From Eledone cirrhosa (Eukaryota), in the NCBI GenBank assembly GCA_964016885.1, contig OZ024742.1:217062001-217126000 (forward strand): a stretch of 64,000 nucleotides of DNA, read 5' to 3'. The notes under the pieces are model-generated. The model was not told the DNA's origin. It did no database searches and saw nothing but the letters and a program-made list of their open reading frames with translations. The translations under genes were made by a program, and so were the position numbers. Below are positions 40,255-54,289 of this stretch, one piece after another. Position 1 is the first letter of the stretch. Every line of letters starts with the position of its first letter.

Positions 40255-43200
40255 TGAAAGAAATAGTAGTGTGATGTTTACAAAATCAGCAATTTAGAAG
40301 AAATAGTAGATGGTTATTGGCAAAGTCATATTCGTAGAAATAGTAAGGAGATATCAGCAATAGTAGGAGGTTGTTAGCAAGGTCATGTTGGCAGCAATAG
40401 TAGGAGGTTGTTAGCAAGGTCATGTTGGCAGCAATAGTAGGAGGTTGTTAGCAAGGTCATGTTGGCAGCAATAGTGGGAGGTTGTTAGCAAGGTCATGTT
40501 GGCAGAAATAGTAGAAATTGTTAGGAAGAACTAATAAGGGTTTTTAGTAAGGTCAGTTTAGTAAAAGTAGTAGGGTTGTTAGTAAGGTCAATTTAGCAAA
40601 ATTAGTAGGGTTGTTAAAAAGGTAAAATTAGCAGAAATAGTAGGGTTTGGGGGAAAGTCATCAATGTATCAAAATTAGTATTATGTTAGCATAGTCATGA
40701 ATTTAGCAAAACTAGTATGTGTGTTGGCACGGTCGTCAATTTGGCAGAAATAGTACGGTCAGAAATAGTAAGGTCATCAGTTTAACAGAAATAGTAGGGA
40801 TTGTTAGTAAGGTCAGTAGTTTAACAGAAAAAGTAGGGATTGTTAGTAAGGTCATCAGTTTAACAGAAATAGTACGGATTGTTAGTAAGGTCAGTAGTTT
40901 AACAGAAAAAGTAGGGATTGTTAGTAAGGTCATCAGTTTAACAGAAATAGTAGGGATTGTTAGTAAGGTCAGTAGTTTAACAGAAAAAGTAGGGATTGTT
41001 AGTAAGGTCATCAGTTTAACAGAAATAGTACGGATTGTTAGTAAGGTCAGTAGTTTAACAGAAAAAGTAGGGATTGTTAGTAAGGTCATCAGTTTAACAG
41101 AAATAGTAGGGATTGTTAGTAAGGTCAGTAGTTTAACAGAAAAAGTAGGGATTGTTAGTAAGGTCATCAGTTTAACAGAAATAGTAGGGATTGTTAGTAA
41201 GGTCAGTAGTTTAACAGAAAAAGTAGGGATTGTTAGTAAGGTCATCAGTTTAACAGAAATAGTAGGGATTGTTAGTAAGGTCAGTAGTTTAACAGAAATA
41301 GTAGGGATTGTTAGTAAGGTCATCAGTTTAACAGAAATAGTAGGGATTGTTAGTAAGGTCATCAGTTTAACAGAAATAGTAGGGATTGTTAGTAAGGTCA
41401 TCAGTTTAACAGAAATAGTAGGGATTGTTAGTAAGGTCATCAGTTTAACAGAAATAGTAGGGATTGTTAGTAAGGTCATCAGTTTAACAGAAATAGTAGG
41501 GATTGTTAGTAAGGTCAGTAGTTTAACAGAAAAAGTAGGGATTGTTAGTAAGGTCATCAGTTTAACAGAAATAGTAGGGATTGTTAGTAAGGTCATCAGT
41601 TTAACAGAAATAGTAGGGATTGTTAGTAAGGTCATCAGTTTAACAGAAATAGTACGGATTGTTAGTAAGGTCAGTAGTTTAACAGAAATAGTAGGGATTG
41701 TTAGTAAGGTCATCAGTTTAACAGAAATAGTAGGGATTGTTATTAAGGTCATCAGTTTAACAGAAATAGTAGGGATTGTTAGTAAGGTCATCAGTTTAAC
41801 AGAAATAGTAGGGATTGTTAGTAAGGTCATCAGTTTAACAGAAATAGTAAGGATTGTTAGTAAGGTCATCAGTTTATCAAAAATAGTAGGGATTGTTAGT
41901 AAGGTCATCAGTTTAACAGAAGTAGTAGGGATTGTTAGTAAGGTCAGTAGTTTAACAGAAATAGTAGGGATTGTTAGTAAGGTCATCAGTTTAACAGAAA
42001 TAGTAGGGATTGTTAGTAAGGTCATCAGTTTAACAGAAATAGTAGGGATTGTTAGTAAGGTCATCAGTTTAACAGAAATAGTAGGGATTGTTAGTAAGGT
42101 CATCAGTTTAACAAAAATAGTAGGGATTGTTAGTAAGGTCAGTAGTTTAACAGAAATAGTATGGATTGTTAGTAAGGTCATCAGTTTAACAGAAATAGTA
42201 GGGATTGTTAGTAAGGTCATCAGTTTAACAGAAATAGTAGGGATTGTTAGTAAGGTCATCAGTTTAACAGAAATAGTAGGGATTGTTAGTAAGGTCAGTA
42301 GTTTAACAGAAATAGTAGGGATTGTTAGTAAGGTCAGTAGTTTAACAGAAATAGTAGGGATTGTCAGTAAGGTCATTAGTTTAACAGAAATAGTATGGAT
42401 TGTTAGTAAGGTCATTAGTTTAACAGAAATAGTAGGGATTGTTAGTAAGGTCATTAGTTTAACAGAAATAGTAGGGATTGTTAGTAAGGTCATTAGTTTA
42501 ACAGAAATAGTAGGGATTGTTAGTAAGGTCATTAGTTTAACAGAAATAGTAGGGATTGTTAGTAAGGTCATTAGTTTAACAGAAATAGTAGGGATTGTTA
42601 GTAAGGTCATTAGTTTAACAGAAATAGTAGGGATTGTTAGTAAGGTCATTAGTTTAACAGAAATAGTAGGGATTGTTAGTAAGGTCATTAGTTTAACAGA
42701 AATAGTAGGGATTGTTAGTAAGGTCAGTAGTTTAACAGAAATAGTAGGGATTGTTAGTAAGGTCAGTAGTTTAACAGAAATAGTAGGGATTGTTAGTAAG
42801 GTCATTAGTTTAACAGAAATAGTAGGGATTGTTAGTAAGGTCAGTAGTTTAACAGAAATAGTAGGGATTGTTAGTAAGGTCAGTAGTTTAACAGAAATAG
42901 TAGGGATTGTTAGTAAAGTCATTAGTTTAACAGAAATAGTAGGGATTGTTAGTAAGGTCAGTAGATTAACAGAAATAGTAGGGATTGTTAGTAAGGTCAG
43001 TAGTTTAACAGAAATAGTAGGGATTGTTAGTAAGGTCATTAGTTTAACAGAAATAGTAGGGATTGTTAGTAAGGTCATCAGTTTAACAGAAATAGTAGGG
43101 ATTGTTAGTAAGGTCAGTAGTTTAACAGAAATAGTAGGGATTGTTAGTAAGGTCAGTAGTTTAACAGAAATAGTAGGGATTGTTAGTAAGGTCATTAGTT

Positions 43201-43328
43201 TAACAGAAATAGTAGGGATTGTTAGTAAGGTCATTAGTTTAACAGAAATAGTAGGGATTGTTAGTAAGGTCATTAGTTTAACAGAAATAGTAGGGATTGT
43301 TAGTAAGGTCAGTAGTTTAACAGAAATA
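40255..43328. repeat. 39-bp minisatellite (~65 units, 40760-43328) with older 37-bp and degenerate units upstream
   Basis: Unit AGTTTAACAGAAATAGTAGGGATTGTTAGTAAGGTCA(TC/GT/TT). Confidence 0.97.
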
Positions 43329-43362
43329 ATGCGATATTACCGAGGAGATCAGATTAGAATAA

Positions 43363-43740
43363 ATAATTGTTTCTACTTTTGGCACAAGACCAGCAATTAT
43401 TCCAGTGTATTACTGGTACTTTATTTTATTTACCCCGTAAGGATGAAAGGCAAAGCTAACCTCGGCGGGATTTGAACCCAGAACATAAAGGGCCATAACT
43501 ATGCTACAAAGCATGACGTTCTACCGATACTGCCAATCCACCGTCCTATTAGCATAAATAATTGTTTCTACTATTGGCACAAGGCCAGCAATTAACCAGT
43601 ACATTACTGGTACTTTATTTTATCGACCCCGTAAGGATGAAAGGCAAAGTTAACCTTGGCGGGATTTGAACTCAGAATGGCAAGGGCCGTAACTCTATGC
43701 GTCAAATCATGGTGTCCGACCCTCTACCGATACTGCCAAT
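43363..43740 (-). mobile_element. Two tandem SINEs
   Basis: SINE consensus at 43363-43546 and 43557-43740. Confidence 0.9.
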
Positions 43741-44076
43741 AAATAATATTGGCTTGTTGGTAAAGTCATGAAGATGTGAGAAATCATGCAGTATTGAGTC
43801 CAAGGTTATCATCAAATTAGTGATGCAACTGATCCACAACTAAACCAGAGATAACGTCATTTTCTCTTTCTTCCTAACTCTCGGTCTGGTGTAGCAAATA
43901 TGTATGAAATACTCATCTTGTATGTCGAACACATTTCAGTCTCAAACTTTTATCAGTTCAACTGGCAGATCAGATCTATGAAGCATCAACATTAAAAACA
44001 AAATAGCGGAAACATTAACAAGGGTGAGTGGTGGACAATAACAGCCACAATACCAAACATTATTATATCTTTCGTT

Positions 44077-44261
44077 GGCAGTAGATTGGCAGTATCGGTA
44101 GAGGGTCGGACGCCAAGCATAGAGTTACGGCCCTTGCCATTCTGAGTTCAAATCCCACCGAGGTTAACTTTGCCTTTCATCCTTACGGGGTCGATAAAAT
44201 AAAGTACCAGTAATACACTGCGAGAATTTCTAACCTTGTGCCAAAAGTAGAAACAATTATT
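44077..44261 (+). mobile_element. SINE with ~19-bp target duplication
   Basis: ATTATTATATCTTTCGTTG on both sides. Confidence 0.9.
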
Positions 44262-45538
44262 ATATCTTTCGTTGACAAAATATCATACGTTGTTTTTGGT
44301 TGAAGGATGCAACCAATTAAACCTAAATCGATTTCATTTCTTGACAAGTGGCATTTTATTGTCAGATAATTGAAGTTACAATGTAAAGTTATATACTCAG
44401 TATCAGCGATTTGCTCTTCGCGGGGTTGTCTGCTATCTTTTATATCAAATGCTGCTATAGCTATCCTTCTCTTTACATCTTCTTAGAATTGTGGGCAAAA
44501 TATGGCTGAAAGACCTCAAATATCTGCTCGGAATATGACACACACGTCTACTGCTATATTTCAAAGACTGCATGGTGATTTTTCTTGCATTATCGTGTCT
44601 CTGCCACTTAGTCTTACCGAAAGTATTTTGTGCACTCGTAGTTTAGAGCAGGCATCTTATCACTAATAATGCAGACTTCGTGTTTAGTATCGAGATAATA
44701 GTCAATGGTTATACTCACCTCTAGTATAACGACGGTAAGGATATTTCTAACACGCATCTTCTAATCTATCTATTAATTCTATCTAATCTAATATTTTCTA
44801 ACGCTAGTTTCTTTTTAATCTTACCCACAATATGACTACTCACGTGAAATCGCGTTTAACTCAGCCAACTACCGTAATATTCCCATGTCGAGAAAGACAG
44901 GTTCAGCTACCAGTTAAATGATCCATCTTTAGAAGTTCTATTTAAATCAATCATACAAATCACAAAACTGTAGTGTGTGTAGCAAACAAGCTGAAAATAT
45001 GAACACTCTACGTTAATCTAATAAATATGACATAAATGACCTGCTTCTAATCTAAATGATATGGATTATCAGCTCCGATTTATCCAAGTTTACATTAGCG
45101 CATTTGGAAAACCCTATTCGAAATAATCAAACAGTTAGGATTGCCTGGACAGATTTGTCGGGATTTTGTACACTCATTTTCTACTTACTAAGATACCTTC
45201 CAGTTTCCCACTAACATTTATGAGCCTGAAGAGGTCTGCTCACCTGGTATTGCCAGAGCACGGTTTAGTCAAAGTACCGCAGTGACTGCTAGTTATGTCC
45301 AATACGAGCTACCTGCTATATGTTTGTTTATTTGTCTGTCTGTTTGTTTGTTTGTCTGTCTGTTTGTCTGTCTTTCTGGCTATCTATCTATCTATCTATC
45401 CGTCTGTCTGTTTGTCTGTTTGTCTGCCTGTTTGTTTGTTTGTCTGTCTGTTTGTCTGTCTTTCTGTCTATCTATCTATCTATCAATGTCTGTCCGTCTG
45501 TTTTTTTTCTGTCTAACTGTCTATCTATATATTTATCT

Positions 45539-45617
<79 letters not shown>

Positions 45618-46944
45618 GTGAGTCAGCCATGCTGCTTTATTCACGAAATATAGATATAGTGTTTCACAAATACACACATACACATTATACATACATACAT
45701 ACATACATACATACATACATACATACATACATACATACATACATACATACATACATACATAGGCAAAGATCACATCTACTTCAAACATTCTTAACAATAT
45801 TGTCCAGCAGACATGTTCCAAACATCAGACAATTGACGATTTTAAAAATAAGATGTAATTGAAATAAACTACGTGAGAAAGATGGATAAGAAATGTTCTA
45901 AATGTAGTAGATTCAGGTGATTACTGGAAAGATTCTTTGTGATCTCTCAGAGAAATCCTCCGTTCAATTTGTGTGGTAATGGAGATGTACTGCTAAAATC
46001 CATTCCTCATTCAAGAGTTGTCTACTTAAACTACTGATATGAGTGCCAATAGCTTTCATATCCTCAGACATAACTGGTACTAAATAGACTAAATAGATTA
46101 CAATCCATTAAGTGTATCGACGCATATAATAGACGGTGGACACTTTCATCGATTACCTTCATAATTAATTGACACAAATCAAGAATAACAAGCTCCAGCA
46201 GTTTCCATCAACATAGGAATATATGATACAATGATGTCAATGCAAAATTACTACCTTAAAGATAGCGTGTTCGCGCAAGTGTATAGGATTTTTTTCTGGT
46301 GACAAGATTAAGTATTTTGCGCACTAGAGAATATATGCTACTAATTTACCTGGCAGCCATAACTTATCAGAAACCAGGTATTGGGAATGACTGCGACCTG
46401 ATGAAGTTTGTTCTCTTCGTACGAGTATAGAGGGTAGGTTTTAATATAAATTTCATTTGCTTTTAATAAGATAATTTAATTTTGTATGGTGTATTTTTGG
46501 TTAGTCTGGGCTTCATGTATTTTGTTGTGTGGTAGGGTTGTGTAAGGAAAAAATTATATCTATTGTATCATGCCTCTCATACTGTGTGGACAAAGATCTT
46601 CGTTGAAAGGTCTCTCTATATGTGCGTGTGTCATTGTTTGTGAACATATGTTTACGAAGGTTTTTTTTCTGTTGTGATCTTAATTTTAATTTCAATTTCA
46701 TTCAACTGGTTAATTGTATTTTGTGTAGTGCGTTTTGGCTAGTTTAGACTTTTATTTTGTCACTTACTAAGGTTGTATAATTATATAGAGTGTATGATGC
46801 TTCTCATACTAAGATTCTGCTGAAAGGCATTTGGTAGGAAGGGGTTTTGGGGGATGGGGAAAGTCGACTAAATCGACCCTAGTAGTTACTGGTGCTTTAT
46901 TTTATCGATACTGTAAGGATAAAAGGTAAAGCTAACCTCCACTG

Positions 46945-47400
46945 AAATATTAAGATAGTAGAAAACAAGTATTCTCATAAAAGCAGAACGTATCCTTTTG
47001 AGAAAACACCCTGCGCTGATAAAAAAAAATGTATAGTTTGCAGATTAAGCCCACAGATTAGCTGTAAAACTAGAATCGTAGTCTATAGCATAATATATCC
47101 GGAGAGACAGTGTAGGAATAGGAACACGACATACATAGGTGAGATGGTCCGTAGCATAGGAAAACTCCAAGATGAGAAAAACTTATCAGTACTCCACCAG
47201 CATACCAGAATGGAACATGGGGGAACACTAGAGGACATCGAGATAAAAAATGATATCCATACACAGAACAGACGCAATGCTCCGACAGATTATAGAAGCA
47301 ACAAATATAAATGAACTCCGACCAAAACTAAATAGAAAATACGAGTGGAATAAAAACAACATCACAACGGTTAGTAAGGACACTATAAAGACACACAATA
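46945..47400 (+). pseudogene. Degraded Naiad-like PLE GIY-YIG fragment
   Basis: RTYPFEKTPCADKKKCIVC...CKTRIVVYSI...TYIGE, LNRKYEW; homologous to 28000-28440. Confidence 0.75.
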
Positions 47401-47569
47401 ATTAACCTAATAAGATAAACCAGCCACACACAGGTAGATCAAGTAACCAACTAGTGACAAGTAGGAAGGATTGAAAATAAGTATATTAATTAATCAATTG
47501 ATTGATTAATTAAAAAACAACAAATAAATAAATAAATTTCAAAAATAAATAAACAAATAGTTTTCTTTC

Positions 47570-49062
47570 AGACTAAGCTTCAAGAAGCAAATCCTCCTTC
47601 CGAATGGAATCCAGTCCATAACATTCTAACAGCCGAGCGTTTGTGTGTATCGACACTACCGCCTGTGTAGTCATTTCTGGCACCACACCTGAATAGTGGA
47701 ATTTCCATCCTCCATCCAAATCTATAGTATCGGAACCACGGAACTTTGTTGAGGAACCTCCGAGTACATCTAGCCGGCAGCATCTAGCCTCCTTCACTAG
47801 TTTCTGCTCCTTGCCTGTAAGACTTGTGTTGTTCCAGGTTCCAATTGCCAAGGTTTGCTCGTCTCGGGATACGCAATCTTTGTGTGTCCATTCCACTCCT
47901 CCCATGACAGATCGCAGGCCCATCGTCAGTTTTTGTGGCATGAAATGAAAACTGCAATATATTTTTCAAACAGGCCCCTCTACCTAAGGTCTGAACGCGT
48001 CCCTTGTTAAGCTGCGCGAAGGACGATGCGATATGGTTCTTTTTCGTACCATATTGCAGTTTTGTTGGTTTTATTCGCGCCAGTCTAGTTATCTGCAACT
48101 TGAGACTACGTAAAGCCAAAGAAGCCCACAAAACTGGCTAGTCCAGGGTGACCTACAGGATGAATTAGGAAGCGTTGGTGGATTGGGAATTCAGGACGAG
48201 ATACTATTGCATCTAAATTCAGAGAACTCTATGAGCAAACTAAGGACTTTGAGATAAAGTGGAGATTATTCAGCTCAGCAGTTTATGTTTCAGCTGTTAA
48301 ATGCTGCGGTCAAAAGGGGCTTGGTGTGGCGCCGAATGGCAGGAAGACTCTATGGTTCAATCAAGAGGTACAAAAATGCCATCTGAGCAAAGAAGGAGGC
48401 TTACAAAGCTTGGCTTTCAAATAAGTCCTCCTTCTTGCACTTGCGGTACAAGCAGGCTCGAAGAATCGCAGCAGAGACAGTAAAGGCGTCCAAAGTTAAG
48501 ACATGGGAGGACTTTGGGGTTAAGCTGGAATCCGACTTCAGATCAGCAAAGAAAGTGTTCTGGCAGACCATCCGTCGACTTCGTAATAAGAAGTCCTCCT
48601 CCACACATGCTATCGGGAACGCGTTAGGGATTCTCTTCTTTCCAGATAGGTGTATCCTCGTGAGGTGGAAAGAATACTTTGCTGATCTCCTAAAACAGAT
48701 CACAACATCAGCTTCTGTTGTATATGAAATTCATCTGGGGCTGTGACTAATTTCTCGGAGGTTGAGGTTACAAGAACAGTTAAAGAACTCTAATAGAGCT
48801 CAAATGTGGCAAGACCGCCTGAGATATTAAAAGCCTTAAATAGAGAAGGTATTCTCTGGCTGACTCGTATGTGCCGCGTGGCTTGGATCTCTGGAAAGGC
48901 ACCGAAAGAATGGTAGTTGAGAGTGATAATACCAATTTTCAAGAGAGATTGTTCCAATTACAGAGGGATCTCCTTGTTAAGCCTCTCCGGTAGAGTCGAT
49001 GGTGTGTCTGCCAAAGAGATATGGGGAGATTGTCAAATCCAAACTAGCTGATGAAAAGTGTG
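47570..49062. mobile_element. Degraded RTE LINE with inversion (APE 5' part minus 47570-48130; linker and RT start plus)
   Basis: LAIGTWNNTSLTGKE; TWEDFGVKLESDF...FWQTIRRLR, RWKEYF, NYRGISLLS. Confidence 0.8.
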
Positions 49063-49210
49063 GTATATATGGGAGGCGGTATCTATGTGTGTGTGCTTTA
49101 TGGAAGAAAACCCGTAACGACAAATCTATATTTCATGTGAACCAGTAATGCGACTTTGACATAATTACACGAAACGATTTGTAGCCAGCTTACATCGTAG
49201 TAGCTGATTG

Positions 49211-49310
<100 letters not shown>

Positions 49311-49412
49311 AGATAAGCAGAATAAGTAAAATTCAACCAATTTTTCAAAATAAATCAAAATTAATATACAATTAAAATTAATCAAAATTAAACAATATAA
49401 TATAAATATTTA

Positions 49413-49447
<35 letters not shown>

Positions 49448-49449
<2 letters not shown>

Positions 49450-49651
49450 CGAAGGAAATGTGGTAAGGAACCAGGTGGACCATAACGCACCAAAGTACTC
49501 AATACTTAGGGTAGTAGAGTGGGTAATAGGAACGAGTAGGACACCGACGGCTGAGCTCAAGCCGTTTCGACGGCTAATTCTGGACTATTTAGTCCAGAAT
49601 TAGCCGTCGAAACGGCATGAGCTCAGCCGTTGGGGTCCTACTCGTTCCTAT
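49448..49651 (-). mobile_element. PLE-like 3' end with a 126-bp palindrome, in (TA)n
   Basis: Same family as 469-597; palindrome 49526-49651 carries the HHR right half GAAA-CGGCT-TGAGCTC-AGCCG-TC. Confidence 0.7.
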
Positions 49652-49667
49652 ATATATATATATATAT

Positions 49668-50197
49668 AAATGTAAGTATGCATGTATACGTACATACATA
49701 TATGTATACAGACGTACAGTAGCATGCACATATATATATATATATATACATATATATATACATATGCATACAGGTACACATACATATATGCACGTATCAG
49801 TTTAGCGGCGCTAACGTCACTTTGTTCGTTTGTAAACAAACTGAACAGCCTGAATTTATGCCATACGGTGTTAAGGCAACCACGTCACCTTTTTGTTCAA
49901 CACTGACACAGGAACGATGTACTAGTTTCAAGCTTGTTAGCTATCATCAGCACCGTTTACCCATCTGCCAGATAGTTGAACGTTCGAAAGTATATACTTT
50001 CCTTATGAAAATTAACGGCTGAGCAGCCTAATTTGCATATTGAGTGAGTTAAATCGGTCAGGCATACCGAAAACGATAAATTGAAACAAAATGAAAACGA
50101 AATTTCATTTCTCACTCTTAGTATGGCACTTACTTAAATGTAAGTATGCATGTATACGTACATACATATATGTATACAGACGTACAGTAGCATGCAC

Positions 50198-50228
<31 letters not shown>

Positions 50229-51207
50229 CATATGCATACAGGTACACATACATATATGCACGTATCAGTTTAGCGGCGCTAACGTCGCTTTGTTCGTTTG
50301 TAAACAAACTGAACAGCCTGAATTTATGCCATACGGTGTTAAGGCAACCACGTCACCTTTTTGTTCAACACTGACACAGGAACGATGTACTAGTTTCAAG
50401 CTTGTTAGCTATCATCAGCACCGTTTACCCATCTGCCAGATAGTTGAACGTTCGAAAGTATATACTTTCCTTATGAAAATTAACGGCTGAGCAGCCTAAT
50501 TTGCATATTGAGTGAGTTAAATCGGTCAGATGGGTAAACGGTGCTGATGATAGCTAACAAGCTTGAAACTAGTACATCGTTCCTGTGTCAGTGTTGAACA
50601 AAAAGGTGACGTGGTTGCCTTAACACCGTATGGCATAAATTCAGGCTGTTCAGTTTGTTTACAAACGAACAAAGCGACGTTAGCGCCGCTAAACTGATAC
50701 GTGCATATATGTATGTGTACCTGTATGCATATGTATATATATATGTATATATATATATATATGTGCATGCTACTGTACGTCTGTATACATATATGTATGT
50801 ACGTATACATGCATACTTACATTTAAGTAAGTGCCATACTAAGAGTGAGAAATGAAATTTCGTTTTCATTTTGTTTCAATTTATCGTTTTCGGTATGCCT
50901 GACCGATTTAACTCACTCAATATGCAAATTAGGTTGCTCAGCCGTTAATTTTCATAAGGAAAGTATATACTTTCGAACGTTCAACTATCTGGCAGATGGG
51001 TAAACGGTGCTGATGATAGCTAACAAGCTTGAAACTAGTACATCGTTCCTGTGTCAGTGTTGAACAAAAAGGTGACGTGGTTGCCTTAACACCGTATGGC
51101 ATAAATTCAGGCTGTTCAGTTTGTTTACAAACGAACAAAGCGACGTTATAATAAGCGCCGCTAAACTGATACGTGCATATATGTATGTGTACCTGTATGC
51201 ATATGTG

Positions 51208-51258
<51 letters not shown>

Positions 51259-51374
51259 GTGCATGCTACTGTACGTCTGTATACATATATGTATGTACGT
51301 ATACATGCATACTTACATTTAAGTAAGTGCCATACTAAGAGTGAGAAATGAAATTTCGTTTTCATTTTGTTTCA

Positions 51375-51378
<4 letters not shown>
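49668..51378. repeat. Tandem plus inverted array of a ~467-bp HHR-containing unit (retrozyme/pLTR-like)
   Basis: Period 468 on the left arm and 466 on the right; inversion point ~50527; four identical HHRs; (TA)n at both ends. Confidence 0.9.
50537..50581 (+). ncRNA. Type I minimal hammerhead ribozyme (also 51003-51047 plus; 49913-49957 and 50381-50425 minus)
   Basis: AACGGTG-CTGATGA-T-AGCT-AACA-AGCT-T-GAAA-CTAG-TA-CATCGTT. Confidence 0.9.
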
Positions 51379-51451
<73 letters not shown>

Positions 51452-51663
51452 AATTCAGCGAGAATCGCATTTCGGCGGGTAGTAAAAGCGAAACGTAACG
51501 CAAATTCAGAGTCATGCTGGCAAGCGCTCCAATGGGTAAAAACCCAGAGCTATAAACATAGGTTAAAAACGCCAGACAAACTGAGAAGGCGGTCAAGAAG
51601 GCATTAACCACCTAAGCCAAAAAACAAGTCAAGCTAAACAGGTCAGACAAAATAAATGACATA

Positions 51664-51721
<58 letters not shown>

Positions 51722-52056
51722 CACATATATATAACTAACCTGTACCCTTGGAATTGATGGTAAAATCCAATAACAGGGTTTCTGTGACACCTAAAGGCGT
51801 CTGCTTAAAACCATAAGCTTTTGGTATAATGATCGAACGAGGAATATCACGGTATCAACAGGTATTTTGTTCTGCGCCAGTGTTGTGGGTGACGTTGTGT
51901 TTTGTCAAAGCACATGTGTAACACACAAGGGGAAAAACCCCAGAATTTGGCAAATGAATTCAGTATGTGTAAATCATGCAAAAAATTGCATAAATAGCAC
52001 AAATCGAATAACCACTCAATATATATATATATATATATATATATAGCACTATATAA

Positions 52057-52109
<53 letters not shown>

Positions 52110-52276
52110 GAAGGAAGTGTCGTAAGGAACCAGATGGACCATAACGCACCAGAGTACTCAATACTCAATATGTATATATATATATACATATTCATATATA
52201 TATATAAACGGAAAAAAATGAAACGAAATTTCATTCCCCACTCTTAGTACGGCTGTTACTTAAATATAAGTATGTA

Positions 52277-53710
52277 CAGTCTTACTAGCTGCATTGCCAA
52301 ACTGATGGAATCCTGTGTCAGAGAAACACTTTGGAACTTCTGGAGCTCTCACAGCCTCATCCGGCCCTCGCAGTTTGGATTTATCCTTAACTCCAGCTGC
52401 TGTGATCAGCTTATCGAGTTCCTTGAGGACATTACCCGGATCACTGACAGCGGCTCATGGGTGGATGTTGTTTACCTTGACTTCGCTAAGGCTTTTAATT
52501 CTGTGCCACACAAAAGACTTATGGCAAAACTCTCTGCAATGGGTGTGAGGGATGATCTTTTTAACTGGTTGAAATCCTTCATTCTCAGCCGAAAAGAGGT
52601 AGTCACGGTTCTAGGGCAGCATTCTTCACCATATGAGATGTCATCTGGTGTACCACAGGGATCTGTTCTTGGTCCCCTTTTGTTTGTGGCATATATTAAT
52701 GACATAGATGCCAACTTAAAGAATGCCACGGTACTGAAATATGCAGATGACATCAAGCTGTACCTTGAAATCAAAAGGACTGATCCTTAAATCTACAACT
52801 CTTTCCTACAATCAGACCTGGACACAATGCAGCAATGGATCACAGACTGGCAACTGAAGCTGGCTGTGGACAAGTGTACCACCATGCATTTTGGGAGGAA
52901 AAATCCAGCGTCCACATACTCCCTCCACAACACTGATATCAAGAAGTCCTCTTGTGAACGTGACCTGGGCATTACTGTCAACAGCGATTTGCGTTGGACA
53001 AAGCATGTCTCTAAGATTGTCAAGAAGGCCGAGGGTGTCTTGGCATCACTCAGCAAGACCTTCGTTAGCCGCTCTCCAGCCATCTATTTAAAGCTGTATA
53101 CAGCTATGGTACGACCACACTTGGAATTCGCATCATCAGTCTGGAACCCCTATCTTGCTCAGAACATTGACCGCCTGGAAACTGTTCAGAGACGTGCAAC
53201 CAAGCGCATACCCTCCATCAGACACCTACCATACTCTGAACGCCTTGCTTCCCTGGGCATGGATTCATTGAAGCTCCGACGTCTGGCAATGGACTTGGTA
53301 AACACCCACAAAGTTATTAACCATCTCGCCAACAACAACCCTGAGCACCTTTTTGATCTCCATGTGTCTAACACACGTGGACATGCCTACAAAATCAGAA
53401 AACAGCACAGCTCCCATGACTTTCGGAAACATTTTTTCACGCTCAGAATTTCTGAAGCATAGAACAAACTGCCTGCGTCAGTTGTTAGCTGTCGAGACAC
53501 TGCATCCTTTAAAACCCTCATGCTTCCCGAAATTCGCCAAAACTACACCTGATGTACCCCATCCATACACATGCACACATGTGTATATCATGGCTCATGC
53601 ACTATTCATTTTCCTGACGTTTGTACATTACCCTATATACTATACATACACTTTTTGATGAGTTGTAGTGCACCTGAGTACTGTACACAATATTTCATTA
53701 TTATTATTAT
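52277..53710 (+). mobile_element. CR1-group LINE, 5'-truncated (RT plus 3' UTR, (ATT)n tail)
   Basis: SQFGF, VYLDFAKAFNSVPH, SGVPQGSVLGPLLF, YADD, ERDLG, VRPHLEF...WNP, VQRRATK; in-frame stops at 52788 and ~53460. Confidence 0.92.
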
Positions 53711-53714
53711 ATAT

Positions 53715-53903
53715 GGCGGTGGATTAGCAGTATCGGTAGAGGGTCGGACGCCATGCTTTCCAGCATAGTTACGTCCCTTTACGATCTGAGTTCAAATCAC
53801 GCCGAGGTTGACTTTGTCTTTCATCCTTACGGGGTCGATAAAATAAAGTACCAGTAATGCACTGGGTAATTGCTGGCCTTGTGCCTAAAGTAGAAACAAT
53901 TAT
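53715..53903 (+). mobile_element. tRNA-derived SINE, full length
   Basis: SINE consensus. Confidence 0.92.
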
Positions 53904-54289
53904 TATATATAGACATAGAATTATAAATGAGTGTAAGATAGATCAAGCGATAATATACATGCATTTTTTACATATACTTTAAGAATGTGAAAGTAATTAT
54001 ATTTTTTAAGTAAAGATATATAGTATTATGCATAATCTATTATTGTATATGGTTAGTAATATAAAATTTAAACATTTATGTAAATTGGAATGTATCGTAT
54101 ATGTGAATTGTAAACAAAAAAAAATTGTTAAGGGCAGATAACTCTCATATTTAGTAATTTAAGGAATGTATACTATAGATATTTAAAAATATATTGTTTT
54201 ATCTAATGATTTAACCTAATAATTAATTATAATTTATATTATAATATAAGTAAAAATTTCTATAAGATTTCAGAGCACCATATAGTAAA

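Noticed and set aside
40760-43328. CRISPR-like array
   Set aside because: Contiguous units with no unique spacers, eukaryotic context and no cas genes
40719-43475. 918-aa and 845-aa ORFs
   Set aside because: Translations of a 39-bp minisatellite, open on both strands; the plus ORF ends inside a SINE
53715-53800. tRNA gene
   Set aside because: The A/B boxes belong to a multi-copy SINE head; no cloverleaf
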